A stretch of DNA of 64,000 nt from the NCBI GenBank assembly GCA_043797125.1, contig JAZDPX010000013.1, forward strand, positions 9,180 to 73,179, read 5' to 3'. Below the pieces are notes generated by a model, which was not told where the DNA came from, ran no database searches, and saw only the letters and a list, made by a program, of their open reading frames with translations. The translations under genes were made by a program, and so were the position numbers. Source of the DNA: Candidatus Omnitrophota bacterium (GTDB lineage: Bacteria > Omnitrophota > Gorgyraeia > JABMRG01 > JAFGKX01). Of this stretch, positions 46,944 through 55,676 are shown in pieces. Position 1 is the stretch's first letter. Each line of letters opens with the position of its first letter.

Positions 46944-47948
46944 TTAGGGTTTTTTGGAAAACCAATCGACGGTTTTACGGAGGCCGTCTTCGAAATTGAC
47001 CTGCGGTTTGAAGTTTAGGATTTTGCTGATTTTGGTGATGTCAGCACAGGTGCGCTTGACATCTCCGGCTCGCGGAGGGGTGTGGGTTGGCTTTATTTTT
47101 TTGCCCATTATTTTGTTGAGGGTGTCTACGAGTTCTAGGATACTGTGGTCATCGCCGGCGGCGACGTTGAAAACTTCGCAGAAGGTTTTGCAGGCTATGA
47201 GCTGTGGGCTATGAGCTGTGGGCTTTGAGCTTTGAGCTGGCACAGTTGCAGCTAGAATATTTGCGTTTACGACGTTGTCGATGTAGGTGAAGTCCCGGGA
47301 CTGAAGCCCATCGCCGTGAATTGGGGGATGCTCATTATTTAGCATGCAGTGTATAAATTTTGGGATTACTACAGCGTACTCGTCGTCTAAAGACTGTCTG
47401 GGCCCGAAGACATTGAAATATCTTAAGTTTACTGTTTCAAGGCCGTAGTTTTCGCTGAATACTCTGCTGTAATACTCTGCCGCGAGTTTTGTTAAAGCGT
47501 AAGGTGATATAAGAAGCGGCATATCTGTTTCTGATTGCGGAAACTTGCTGACATCGCCGTAAACTGAACTGGATGAAGCTATAACTACGCGCTTTACTTT
47601 TGCTTTCAGGGCCGCTTCGAGTATGTTAAGGGTGCCGTCTATGTTAACCGCGTTGTATTCGTGCGGCATTGTCATTGATTTCGGCACACTTCGCAGGGCT
47701 GCCTGGTGCAGGATGTAGTCGATGTTTTTGCAGGCGCGGGTGCAGGTGGCGGAGTCGCGGATGTCGCCTTTGATTAGTCTATAGTCAATGGTCGATGGTC
47801 GATGGCCTGAAACAAAAGATAGATTCTCTTCTTTACCGCTTGAGAAATTATCCAGCACGCGAACACTGTGGCCTTCTTTTAATAATCTTTCTGTTATATG
47901 GGAACCGATGAATCCAGCTCCGCCGGTCACAAGAAATTTCATATACAT
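46944..47948 (-). CDS. NAD-dependent sugar epimerase/dehydratase (extended SDR)
   Basis: Rossmann motif VTGGAGFIGSH and YALTKLAAE (YxxxK). It carries two heptamer-repeat-encoded insertions (HRPSTIDYR; PAQSSKPTAHSPQLIA). Confidence 0.85.
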   Translation of the reverse strand: MYMKFLVTGGAGFIGSHITERLLKEGHSVRVLDNFSSGKEENLSFVSGHRPSTIDYRLIKGDIRDSATCTRACKNIDYILHQAALRSVPKSMTMPHEYNAVNIDGTLNILEAALKAKVKRVVIASSSSVYGDVSKFPQSETDMPLLISPYALTKLAAEYYSRVFSENYGLETVNLRYFNVFGPRQSLDDEYAVVIPKFIHCMLNNEHPPIHGDGLQSRDFTYIDNVVNANILAATVPAQSSKPTAHSPQLIACKTFCEVFNVAAGDDHSILELVDTLNKIMGKKIKPTHTPPRAGDVKRTCADITKISKILNFKPQVNFEDGLRKTVDWFSKKP

Positions 47949-47958
47949 CTCCTTGTAT

Positions 47959-47983
47959 GGATCCCCGCTTTCGCGGGGATGAC
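47959..47983. repeat. repeat A (reverse orientation)
   Basis: GGATCCCCGCTTTCGCGGGGATGAC, upstream of the epimerase start. Confidence 0.85.
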
Positions 47984-47988
47984 ATATT

Positions 47989-48261
47989 CTATTTTCGTTT
48001 TCTAAGCTTGAACATTCCCAACCCTGCTAAACCTACGCCGACTAGCGCAAGAGTTGCCGGCTCGGGATTGTGCGGCGCTCTGCTTGAGCCGCTGCCAGAG
48101 TCGTATGAGCTGCTGCTTGAGTTTTCGGCAAACATAGTGCCTTGCGCTCCCGATGATGATCCGTCGGAAAAGCCGGCGACTTCACTTGCCTTCTCGTTGC
48201 AGCCAGTTAGCGCCAGAGTCGCTGCTATGCAGCAGGCTAGCACTACTAATTTATATCCCAT
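47989..48261 (-). CDS. small PEP-CTERM lipoprotein
   Basis: Lipobox LALTGC, a Ser/Gly-rich middle, C-terminus NPEPATLALVGVGLAGLGMFKLRKRK, and a GAGGAGG SD. Confidence 0.75.
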   Translation of the reverse strand: MGYKLVVLACCIAATLALTGCNEKASEVAGFSDGSSSGAQGTMFAENSSSSSYDSGSGSSRAPHNPEPATLALVGVGLAGLGMFKLRKRK

Positions 48262-48275
48262 GTTACTCCTCCTCT

Positions 48276-49070
48276 TTATTTATACTCACTATATTCCTGA
48301 ATGTATCTATATAAATACTGCGGCAGGTGATATTCCACATTCGTCATTACGATACCGAGAATTTTTGCTCCTGCCTGATGTAACCTGCTCTGTGCGTGCT
48401 GTATTGTGCCATGCTGGGTCCTTGCTGCCTGGATAACTAAAATTGCTCCGTCAACCATAGGCGCAAGTATACACGCGTCTGTTAAAGGCACAACAGGCGG
48501 TGAATCTATAAAAATATAATCAAACCTGCTTTCAAGCGAATTAAGGAGCGTTTGCATTCTCTTTGAGCCTAAGAGCTCCGACGGCTTATTTGATACGCTG
48601 CCTGAAACCATTATTGTAAGATTATCAATCCCCGGGGTGACAAATGCGGAATCTTCATTTATTTTGCCTTCCAAGACTTCAGAAAGCCCTGGGGCAGGAT
48701 CAAGACCTAAATATTTCGCTACTCTTCCCTTTCGCATATCAGCGTCTATTAAAAGTATGGATTTATTATTTAAGTCCTGCGCCATTGCTATTGCAAGGTT
48801 TATGGATGTTATGGTCTTGCCTTCCGAGTTTACCGAGCTTGTGATAAGAAACTTTTTATAGCCCCTTTTGCTTTTAAGCGATTGAATGTTGGTGCGCAAT
48901 ATTTTATATTGCTCGCCGACAGGAGATGTGGGGTCATGAAAAGATACCACGTGCTCGTCGATTTTTGTATCTTCGACGCGCTTTACCACATACTGGATCT
49001 CGGGTTTCTTCAGTATTCTTGTAATGCGCTCATCGCTTACTTTCTTTAATGCTTCGGTGATTCGACCCAT
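48276..49070 (-). CDS. BY-kinase-like P-loop ATPase (EpsG / chain-length-determinant tyrosine autokinase type)
   Basis: MinD/ParA-like fold (SSVNSEGKT; LLIDADMRKG) and a Tyr-rich C-tail (YHLPQYLYRYIQEYSEY). Confidence 0.7.
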   Translation of the reverse strand: MGRITEALKKVSDERITRILKKPEIQYVVKRVEDTKIDEHVVSFHDPTSPVGEQYKILRTNIQSLKSKRGYKKFLITSSVNSEGKTITSINLAIAMAQDLNNKSILLIDADMRKGRVAKYLGLDPAPGLSEVLEGKINEDSAFVTPGIDNLTIMVSGSVSNKPSELLGSKRMQTLLNSLESRFDYIFIDSPPVVPLTDACILAPMVDGAILVIQAARTQHGTIQHAQSRLHQAGAKILGIVMTNVEYHLPQYLYRYIQEYSEYK

Positions 49071-49105
49071 TTTAGCTCCTTTGGATTCCAGCTTATCTAG
49101 CCGGT

Positions 49106-49159
49106 CCGTAGCGGAGCCTTAAGGCTCCGCTACGGTTATGGATATACTGTTGTGGATAA
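49106..49159. repeat. repeat B palindrome (CCG-extended) plus TGTGGATAAC tail
   Basis: Palindrome at 49108-49133 and TGTGGATAA at 49151-49159, in the spacer between two genes of the export operon. Confidence 0.9.
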
Positions 49160-49160
49160 C

Positions 49161-50024
49161 TTAATTTACTCCCACTACGATTACTTTTTCGCTTGGTTTA
49201 TGAAGAGGCATGTATGTGGTCCTGTGCATTAGGTCTTCTATTGCCTCAACTGCTATTTCCCTTGTTATTTGTTTTACTTCATACAAAAGCCCGCTTATTA
49301 ATGTGATATGGCAGGCAAGGTTTATAAGCCGGGGAATACCGCCTGAATATCTGTATATTTCATCGATTGCTTCTTTTGTGAATATGTCGACGTTTTCATT
49401 GCCTGCGGTCTTTAGCCTGTGTTGTATGTAGCGCTCTGTTTCGCTCTCGTTTAACGACGATAAATGATAATAGAAAACAATCCTCTGGCTGAATTGCGCG
49501 AGTTTATGATGCGCCAGCTTAGCGCGTAATTCCGGCTGGCCTATCAATATAATCTGGATAAGCTTTTCTGTCTCTGTCTCCATGTTAGAGAGCATCCTTA
49601 TCTCTTCAAGCACAGACGCGGTAAGATTCTGCGCTTCATCTATGATGAGCACGACATTTACCTCTTTTGCCGCCTGCTCTAATAAAAATTTGTTGAGCGC
49701 TGATAAAAGGCGCGGCTTTGAGGTTGCGTGGTATTCCACCCCAAAATCATCGAGTATAGTCTCGAGCAGCTCCTTTTTGCTTAAATGCGTATTAAGAATT
49801 AAAGCAATTTTTGTTGACGGATCCAAGCGGCTTAGCAGGGCTCTTGAGGTTGTTGTTTTTCCAGAGCCGATGTCGCCTGTAATAACAGCGAAGCCGTTTC
49901 TTTCGCTTATAGCGAGTAGGAGCCGATTAAGCGCTTCCTCGTGTTTTGAGCTTGCGAAGAAAAATTTTGAATCCGGTGTCAGGTTAAAAGGCCTGTCGGT
50001 AAAACCGTAGAATTTCTCGTACAT
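49161..50024 (-). CDS. ExeA/GspA-like AAA ATPase (PEP-CTERM-locus secretion ATPase type)
   Basis: Walker A GDIGSGKTT and Walker B VLIIDEAQ. Confidence 0.7.
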   Translation of the reverse strand: MYEKFYGFTDRPFNLTPDSKFFFASSKHEEALNRLLLAISERNGFAVITGDIGSGKTTTSRALLSRLDPSTKIALILNTHLSKKELLETILDDFGVEYHATSKPRLLSALNKFLLEQAAKEVNVVLIIDEAQNLTASVLEEIRMLSNMETETEKLIQIILIGQPELRAKLAHHKLAQFSQRIVFYYHLSSLNESETERYIQHRLKTAGNENVDIFTKEAIDEIYRYSGGIPRLINLACHITLISGLLYEVKQITREIAVEAIEDLMHRTTYMPLHKPSEKVIVVGVN

Positions 50025-50063
50025 GTTATTGTCTCCTTATTAAAATATTAAATTCTGCCAGCC

Positions 50064-50097
50064 AACCGTAGCGGAGCCTTAAGGCTCCGCTACGGTT
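50064..50097. repeat. repeat B palindrome extended to 34 bp (AACCG...CGGTT)
   Basis: Core at 50068-50093. The tail is degenerate (GTTGTAGACAAC). Confidence 0.9.
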
Positions 50098-50118
50098 GTA
50101 GACAACTCGTAATTATAT

Positions 50119-51423
50119 TTACCCCAATACAATATTGAATATTATAACAACCAACAAAACCACGCCTGTTATAATAGACAGGCCTGTTATTTTCATCCTG
50201 CGCATTCTTTGGGCGTTTAAGTCGGCGACTGTGATTATCTTCGGTATCGCGCCTAATATCGGCAAATCAAGCGTTTGCTTTGCCTGGTCAATTCCTAAAA
50301 ATGAATGGTCTAATAATTCAGCTATAAACACCATGCCCGCGCCTGCGCATATGCCCAGGAATATTGACATAAATAAAACAAGCGGCTTATTCGGCTTTAC
50401 AGGTTTTAACGGCAGTCTTGCAGGATCAAGAATTGTATATTTTGTGCCTTCTTTTGATGATTCAAGCCGCTGGGTGATTTTTGCTGTTTCTAAACGCTGA
50501 AGCAGGGTATCGTATAATCTTTGGTTTACGTTTGCGTCCCTGGCCGCGACATTGTCAATTCTTTCAAGAAGCAGGAGTTTGTATAGCTTGTCGTTTGTAG
50601 CTTCGGAGAACATTGTCCTGTTTGCGCCGGTGCTTGAGCCGTCAAGGCCGGTCGCGGTGAGCTCTTCCTTCATTTTTCCTAAATCATCCCTTAGGCCTGA
50701 TAATTCGCTGTCTGAACTTGCTATGGTTGATGTATTAATATTGTATATACCTTTTTCTAATTCGCCTTTAGCCTGCTCTATTTTCTTTTTTAGCTCCACA
50801 ACCACAGGATGTTTCTCTGTAGAATCAACGCGCAGTTTTTCAAGCTGGTCCTGCATTGCCGATATTTCGGATTGCTTAAGTTTTTTCTGATAAAGTTCGA
50901 GTTGGTCATTTATAAAATTAATGGCGTTGTCGGTTTCCTGCGTCTGCTGGCGCAGGTTTTCAGCGATGAATATGTCTGTTATTGTCTTTACTATATTCTG
51001 CGATTCCAGCGCGTCCTTGCCGTCGTAGGAAATAGTTACGAGGCTATCGCCGCGTAGTTTCACTATGATATTCTGGCGCAAGTTCTTAACTAAATTTTCA
51101 AACTGCTCCTGGCTTCTTACGTCCTTTGCAAGGTTAAGCTTTGTTATAAGCTGATTTATCCTGTCCCAGCCAAGTATCTGCTCGCGCAATACAGCCAATC
51201 GCTGAGCTGTGCTGGTTGATACTGCCAAACCCTGCACAAGCGGATTTATTATCCTGCCTTCTTCAACAAGAATAAGTGTCGATGCCCTGTATGCCTTAGG
51301 AAGGGCGTTGGCAGCTATTACGCCGAGCGCAATTGCTATCACTGTCGGGATAATAACAAGCCATTTCCTTCTGAAGAAGATTTTCAGATAATCTAAAGGT
51401 TTTTTCTCTGATCCTGTATACAT
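50119..51423 (-). CDS. polysaccharide chain-length determinant (Wzz/GumC-like)
   Basis: N- and C-terminal TM helices flank a long coiled-coil periplasmic domain. Confidence 0.7.
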   Translation of the reverse strand: MYTGSEKKPLDYLKIFFRRKWLVIIPTVIAIALGVIAANALPKAYRASTLILVEEGRIINPLVQGLAVSTSTAQRLAVLREQILGWDRINQLITKLNLAKDVRSQEQFENLVKNLRQNIIVKLRGDSLVTISYDGKDALESQNIVKTITDIFIAENLRQQTQETDNAINFINDQLELYQKKLKQSEISAMQDQLEKLRVDSTEKHPVVVELKKKIEQAKGELEKGIYNINTSTIASSDSELSGLRDDLGKMKEELTATGLDGSSTGANRTMFSEATNDKLYKLLLLERIDNVAARDANVNQRLYDTLLQRLETAKITQRLESSKEGTKYTILDPARLPLKPVKPNKPLVLFMSIFLGICAGAGMVFIAELLDHSFLGIDQAKQTLDLPILGAIPKIITVADLNAQRMRRMKITGLSIITGVVLLVVIIFNIVLG

Positions 51424-51452
51424 TTGAAGCTCCTTTAACCCTTCCGTATTCT

Positions 51453-51490
51453 GTAGCGGAGCCTTAAGGCTCCGCTACGGTTGTGGATAA
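51453..51490. repeat. repeat B palindrome plus TGTGGATAA tail
   Basis: Core at 51453-51478 and TGTGGATAA at 51482-51490, which abuts the Wza-like gene stop. Confidence 0.9.
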
Positions 51491-52501
51491 CTACATCGCT
51501 AATGCTGCGCCGCTTGCTGCAGCGCCCGCTGCTTCGCTTGTGGCATTGGTCACCGGAGATATTACGCGGATTATCTTTGCCATTGCTGTTGCCGGTATAT
51601 ACAGCACATCGCCCGGCTTCATATCGATATTTTCTTTAAGGTCGCCTTCGTATAGTAATTTATACACGTTTACGTAAGTGTAATTATTCCTGCCGGTGTT
51701 ATTAGGCGTAATCAGTCGGCATTTTCTCATGGCTGCGGAATATGTGGGAAGCCCTGACTGCACAAGGGCCTCTCTTATAGTAATAGTATTTCCTCTCATA
51801 TAATATTTGCCCGGGTTTGCTGCCTCGCCTACTACGTAGAAAACCTTGCTTAGATAGGCAACTATTGTTACATCGACTTCCGGCGCGATAAGAAAATCCG
51901 AGAGGATTTCAGTCAGCCTTTTATTAAGCTGCAATTTTGTAAGGCCACTAACGGCAATATCCCCTACAAACTTGTATTCAATCTTTCCCTCTGAATTAAC
52001 TGTATACTGGCCGCTGAATTCGGGATGCCTTCTTACCTCAATTGAAACCACGTCATTGGGCCCGAGGGTGTATTTGACCTCTTCCATAATATCTACGACT
52101 GTTGGCGGTGTGCCTGCAACAGGAAGAGCGCTAAGGTTTATATCGACAGATTTCGGGGTCTCAACCACGCCTTGAGTCTTGGCAAAATTTGTCTGGGCGA
52201 AAGATGTACCAGCGCATAAGAAATACGCTGCAAGCGCAACAGACAACGCAAAGATGATGATAGATAAAGTCTTGGCGTAATTTGCTGCTGCAGCTACGGT
52301 TTCCTCATATTCATAGGAGCTTTCGTAGAATTTCCTGATTTCTTCTACCTCATCCTTTTGATAAAACCTCCAGCCGCGCCAGTCTCTTTTTGATTTCTTT
52401 ATTTTGCCGGCCTTCTCCCACCTCATAATGGTGCGGGGAGTCACGCCAATGTATTTTGCCGCATCTGTGATGCTTAATCTATTGCTTATTGCCATAGCCA
52501 T
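51491..52501 (-). CDS. Wza-like polysaccharide export protein with in-frame N-terminal MerR/excisionase-type HTH
   Basis: Poly_export/SLBB-like body (PGDVLYIPA) after a signal or anchor helix. The first 60 aa are an HTH (LSITDAAKYIGVTPRTIMRWEKAG). Confidence 0.7.
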   Translation of the reverse strand: MAMAISNRLSITDAAKYIGVTPRTIMRWEKAGKIKKSKRDWRGWRFYQKDEVEEIRKFYESSYEYEETVAAAANYAKTLSIIIFALSVALAAYFLCAGTSFAQTNFAKTQGVVETPKSVDINLSALPVAGTPPTVVDIMEEVKYTLGPNDVVSIEVRRHPEFSGQYTVNSEGKIEYKFVGDIAVSGLTKLQLNKRLTEILSDFLIAPEVDVTIVAYLSKVFYVVGEAANPGKYYMRGNTITIREALVQSGLPTYSAAMRKCRLITPNNTGRNNYTYVNVYKLLYEGDLKENIDMKPGDVLYIPATAMAKIIRVISPVTNATSEAAGAAASGAALAM

Positions 52502-52581
52502 TTTCCATTCCTCCTGTATTATTATGGGTTATTATGGTTGCTGTCTATGAAATACCATGACAGGTATGCACTTACATATAT

Positions 52582-52598
52582 AAGCATTATCCGTGCCA
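52582..52598 (-). promoter_or_regulatory. sigma-54 (-24/-12) promoter upstream of the Wza/Wzz/kinase export operon
   Basis: The minus strand reads TGGCACGGATAATGCTT. It shares the core TATATAAGCAT-T-ATCCGTGCCA with the copy at 19997. Confidence 0.6.
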
Positions 52599-52662
52599 AA
52601 CTTAAGTTTTTGCGAAAAAATTATATAGTGATGTAACTTGTTGTAGATAAAAGAGTTGTAAG

Positions 52663-52698
52663 CACACGTAGCGGAGGCTTAAGCCTCCGCTACGTGTG
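52663..52698. repeat. repeat B variant, 36-bp perfect palindrome (centre GGCTTAAGCC)
   Basis: CACACGTAGCGGAGGCTTAAGCCTCCGCTACGTGTG. Confidence 0.9.
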
Positions 52699-52764
52699 CT
52701 CTTGCGTTTCCTATGTTGAATTATATAGACACGTGTATCTAAAACTGCTAAAATATATCCCCTT

Positions 52765-54051
52765 ATGCAACACAAACTAGCACACCACCATAAAATGCTT
52801 CAGAAAATGGCTCTTACGCCTCAAATGAAGCAATCTATCCAGCTTTTGGGTATGTCTACAAAGGACTTAAATGAATATGTTGATGCTGCGTTAGAAAAAA
52901 ATCCATTTTTAAAAAAAGAGATTACAGCGCCAAGGACTGCCAAGGCTTCGGATGATGACTACGATTACACTGCAAACATACGCCAGGAAGAAAATCCCCG
53001 CATGAACTTTATTTCCCAGCTTGAAATAATGGATATTGAAACAGGCTTGTTGGACATTGCTAAATACCTTATATATGAAATGGATGATAATGGTTATATT
53101 AATATTGATTTAGAAGATGCTGCGCAGGAACTTGCTGCTGATACGACTGATATTGAGGCAGCGCTTGCCATTGTGCAGTCAATGGAGCCGGCAGGCATTG
53201 GCGCAAGAAATATTCAGGAGTGTTTGAGCCTGCAGCTTAAAAGAAGGGGCAAGGAAGATTCTGTTGAGTACAGGATAGTGAATGGGTTCTTAAATGAGCT
53301 TACTAGAAATGATGCTGAAAAAATAGCGAAACAACTAAAAATAAGCAGCCAACAGGCTGAAACCGCGATTAAGACTATAAAGCTGCTTAACCCTCGGCCA
53401 ACGAGCACTCTTTTTAGTAAGGAAGCTCATGCTGTAACGCCTGATTTAATTGCAGAGGTTGGGGGCAAGAAATTGCGCCTGTGGCTGAACAGGCAATGGC
53501 TGCCTAATATTACATTCTACAATCCTTATGAGGACGAACCTGAAATAACCGAGGATGCAACAGCAAAAAAATTCATTACGGAGAATAAGCAGGCTGCCAA
53601 AGGCCTGATAGACGGCTTAAAGAGGCGCGAGGAGACTTTGCTTAAGGTAGCGCAATATCTGCTGGGTTTTCAGCTGGATAGCTTCATAGACGAGAGCCGG
53701 CACATAAAAAGCCTCGCGATAAAAGATGTGGCTTCTGCCTTAAAAATGCATACTACCACAATAAGCAGGACCGTTTCCCACAAATATGTGCAGATAAATA
53801 ATCAGACCATGCCGTTAAAGGGCCTGCTAAGCGGGGAAATCAAGAATAAAGACGGGCAAGTTACATCAAAGGCATCTATCAAAACTAAAATTAACGCGCT
53901 TGTTAAAGCTGAGGACAAAACGCATCCTTTAAGCGATAAACAAATAAAAGAATCTCTCGAGAAAGAAGGCATCTCCATTAACCGGCGCACCGTAGCAAAA
54001 TACCGCGACTCGCTGCGCCTTTTGCCTGCGCATTTAAGAAGAAAATCGTAG
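52765..54051 (+). CDS. rpoN: RNA polymerase sigma-54 factor
   Basis: Region I (MALTPQMKQSIQLLGMSTKDL) and a C-terminal RpoN box (NRRTVAKYRDSL). Confidence 0.9.
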   Translation: MQHKLAHHHKMLQKMALTPQMKQSIQLLGMSTKDLNEYVDAALEKNPFLKKEITAPRTAKASDDDYDYTANIRQEENPRMNFISQLEIMDIETGLLDIAKYLIYEMDDNGYINIDLEDAAQELAADTTDIEAALAIVQSMEPAGIGARNIQECLSLQLKRRGKEDSVEYRIVNGFLNELTRNDAEKIAKQLKISSQQAETAIKTIKLLNPRPTSTLFSKEAHAVTPDLIAEVGGKKLRLWLNRQWLPNITFYNPYEDEPEITEDATAKKFITENKQAAKGLIDGLKRREETLLKVAQYLLGFQLDSFIDESRHIKSLAIKDVASALKMHTTTISRTVSHKYVQINNQTMPLKGLLSGEIKNKDGQVTSKASIKTKINALVKAEDKTHPLSDKQIKESLEKEGISINRRTVAKYRDSLRLLPAHLRRKS

Positions 54052-54073
54052 CGGAGCCTTAAGGCTCCGCTAC
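54048..54073. repeat. repeat B palindrome overlapping rpoN stop codon
   Basis: The TAG stop of rpoN is the GTAG at the start of the palindrome. Confidence 0.9.
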
Positions 54074-54122
54074 GTCCGAGTCTAGGGGGCAGGTTGCCGA
54101 ACGATTGCGTAAACGGTACTGG

Positions 54123-54758
54123 TTATTTGAAGATAAACCCGGTTTGGGAGCTCCAGAAAAGAAGATCCAGGCAACCTAAGGGGATGTTGACTTTTTTGGC
54201 GAAGCGCTGCATCTTCTTTTCGATTTCAAGGTATGCCTTTTTGGTGATTGAGGGCGGGATTGTATCTATTACGCCGTATTTTTTTAAATTCCGCAAGATA
54301 TGCACATCAAGTATCGCTAAATTCTCGCCCATTCCGATATTTCGCAGGAAATGGCTTGCTTCTTTATAGCCTAAACCCTTTACGTTTTTAACCAGCCAGC
54401 CCCTTGTCGCTTGAGGGTCTTTGGGATTTAGCTTTGTCTTTATATCGATTTGTTTTGCGCTGTTTTGAAAAAATTTCCTGGCGCCTGCTAAGTACTTGGC
54501 TTTATTATTGGGAAATCTTACGCGCTGTAAGTATTTTCGAATTCTTCTGTTGCAGCCCCAGAAAAGTACTTTTGTGTTTTTTAGGGTTTTCACCGCTTCA
54601 TCGCAGTAAACTGCTTTTGATTGCGGTGTTAAAAGGCAAAAACAAAGCTCAGAGAATATGTCTTTATCGCCGGCTTTACCCAGCCGGCTAAACTCCTTAA
54701 GCCTGTTATTTATTTCTCTCTTTTTCTTGTTATAATCCCGGACTAAGGCCTTCGTCAT
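54123..54758 (-). CDS. HhH-GPD N-glycosylase/DNA lyase (Ogg2-type 8-oxoguanine glycosylase-like)
   Basis: HhH-GPD signature (VKGLGYKEASHFLRNIG...LDVH), about 210 aa. Confidence 0.65.
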   Translation of the reverse strand: MTKALVRDYNKKKREINNRLKEFSRLGKAGDKDIFSELCFCLLTPQSKAVYCDEAVKTLKNTKVLFWGCNRRIRKYLQRVRFPNNKAKYLAGARKFFQNSAKQIDIKTKLNPKDPQATRGWLVKNVKGLGYKEASHFLRNIGMGENLAILDVHILRNLKKYGVIDTIPPSITKKAYLEIEKKMQRFAKKVNIPLGCLDLLFWSSQTGFIFK

Positions 54759-55672
54759 TTCTGCTGGCCTAAATACCGAAAAGCGCTAAGAAGGGCCTTC
54801 GCGCCTTCTCCTGCCGCGATTACAATTTGTTTTTCCGGCACGTTTGTAACATCACCTGCTGCAAATACGCCGGGAATGTTTGTGCTGTTACGGCAATCTA
54901 TTTCTATTTCTCCGCGCGTGTTTCTCTTTAAGTCTAAACCTTTGGCAAATTCCGTATTAGGCACAAGCCCTATCTCAACAAAGACCCCCTGTAAAGAAAT
55001 GGTTTTTTCTCCGTCATTAGTCTCTATCTTTATAGCGTTAACCATTTTATCGCCAAGGACCTGTTTTGCTTTTGCGTTCAGCAAAAGCGTGACCTTTTCG
55101 CTCTTTTTAATTTTCTCCTGCATAATAGAATCGCCGTTTAGCTTGGGGCCGACTTCGATAAGGTAAATATGCTTTGCTATGTTCATTAACTGCAGCACGG
55201 CTTCTAAGCCCGCGTTACCTGCGCCCACAACAGCGACATCCTTGCCTGCAAAAAGCGGGCCATCGCAGGTAGCGCAATATGTTAAGCCTTTGTTTTTGAA
55301 TTCCTTTTCACCCGGGATGTTAAGCTCTCTTGATTTTCCGCCGGTCGCGATTATCACCGCCTTTGCCTGATATTGTGTCTTATCTGTCTTTATGTTTATT
55401 ATATTATCCTGCTTCTTAAGTTCTATTATCTGCTCGTTCTGTTTCAGCTTTACATTATATTTCTTCATGTGCTCCTGAAATTTCGCTGTCAAATCCATGC
55501 CGCTGATAAACTGATACCCTGTATAATTTTCTATATCGCCTGTCCATGCGGTCTGTCCGCCTACATCCTTGCTTATCACAAGAAAGTTCATTCTTTTTCT
55601 GGCAGCATACACGCTTGCCGTAATGCCGGCAGGCCCTGCGCCTATAATTATCAAATCATACGCATCTGCCAT
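54755..55672 (-). CDS. trxB: thioredoxin-disulfide reductase
   Basis: FAD motif GAGPAG, redox-active CATCDG, NAD(P) motif GAGNAG. Confidence 0.85.
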   Translation of the reverse strand: MADAYDLIIIGAGPAGITASVYAARKRMNFLVISKDVGGQTAWTGDIENYTGYQFISGMDLTAKFQEHMKKYNVKLKQNEQIIELKKQDNIINIKTDKTQYQAKAVIIATGGKSRELNIPGEKEFKNKGLTYCATCDGPLFAGKDVAVVGAGNAGLEAVLQLMNIAKHIYLIEVGPKLNGDSIMQEKIKKSEKVTLLLNAKAKQVLGDKMVNAIKIETNDGEKTISLQGVFVEIGLVPNTEFAKGLDLKRNTRGEIEIDCRNSTNIPGVFAAGDVTNVPEKQIVIAAGEGAKALLSAFRYLGQQK

Positions 55673-55676
55673 AATA

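Noticed and set aside
47957-48436. Plus-strand ORF MDPRFRGDDIFYF... of 159 aa
   Set aside because: It starts inside a repeat-A copy and runs antisense through the PEP-CTERM lipoprotein gene and intergenic DNA. The MDPRFRGDD opening is just the repeat translated. It is spurious.
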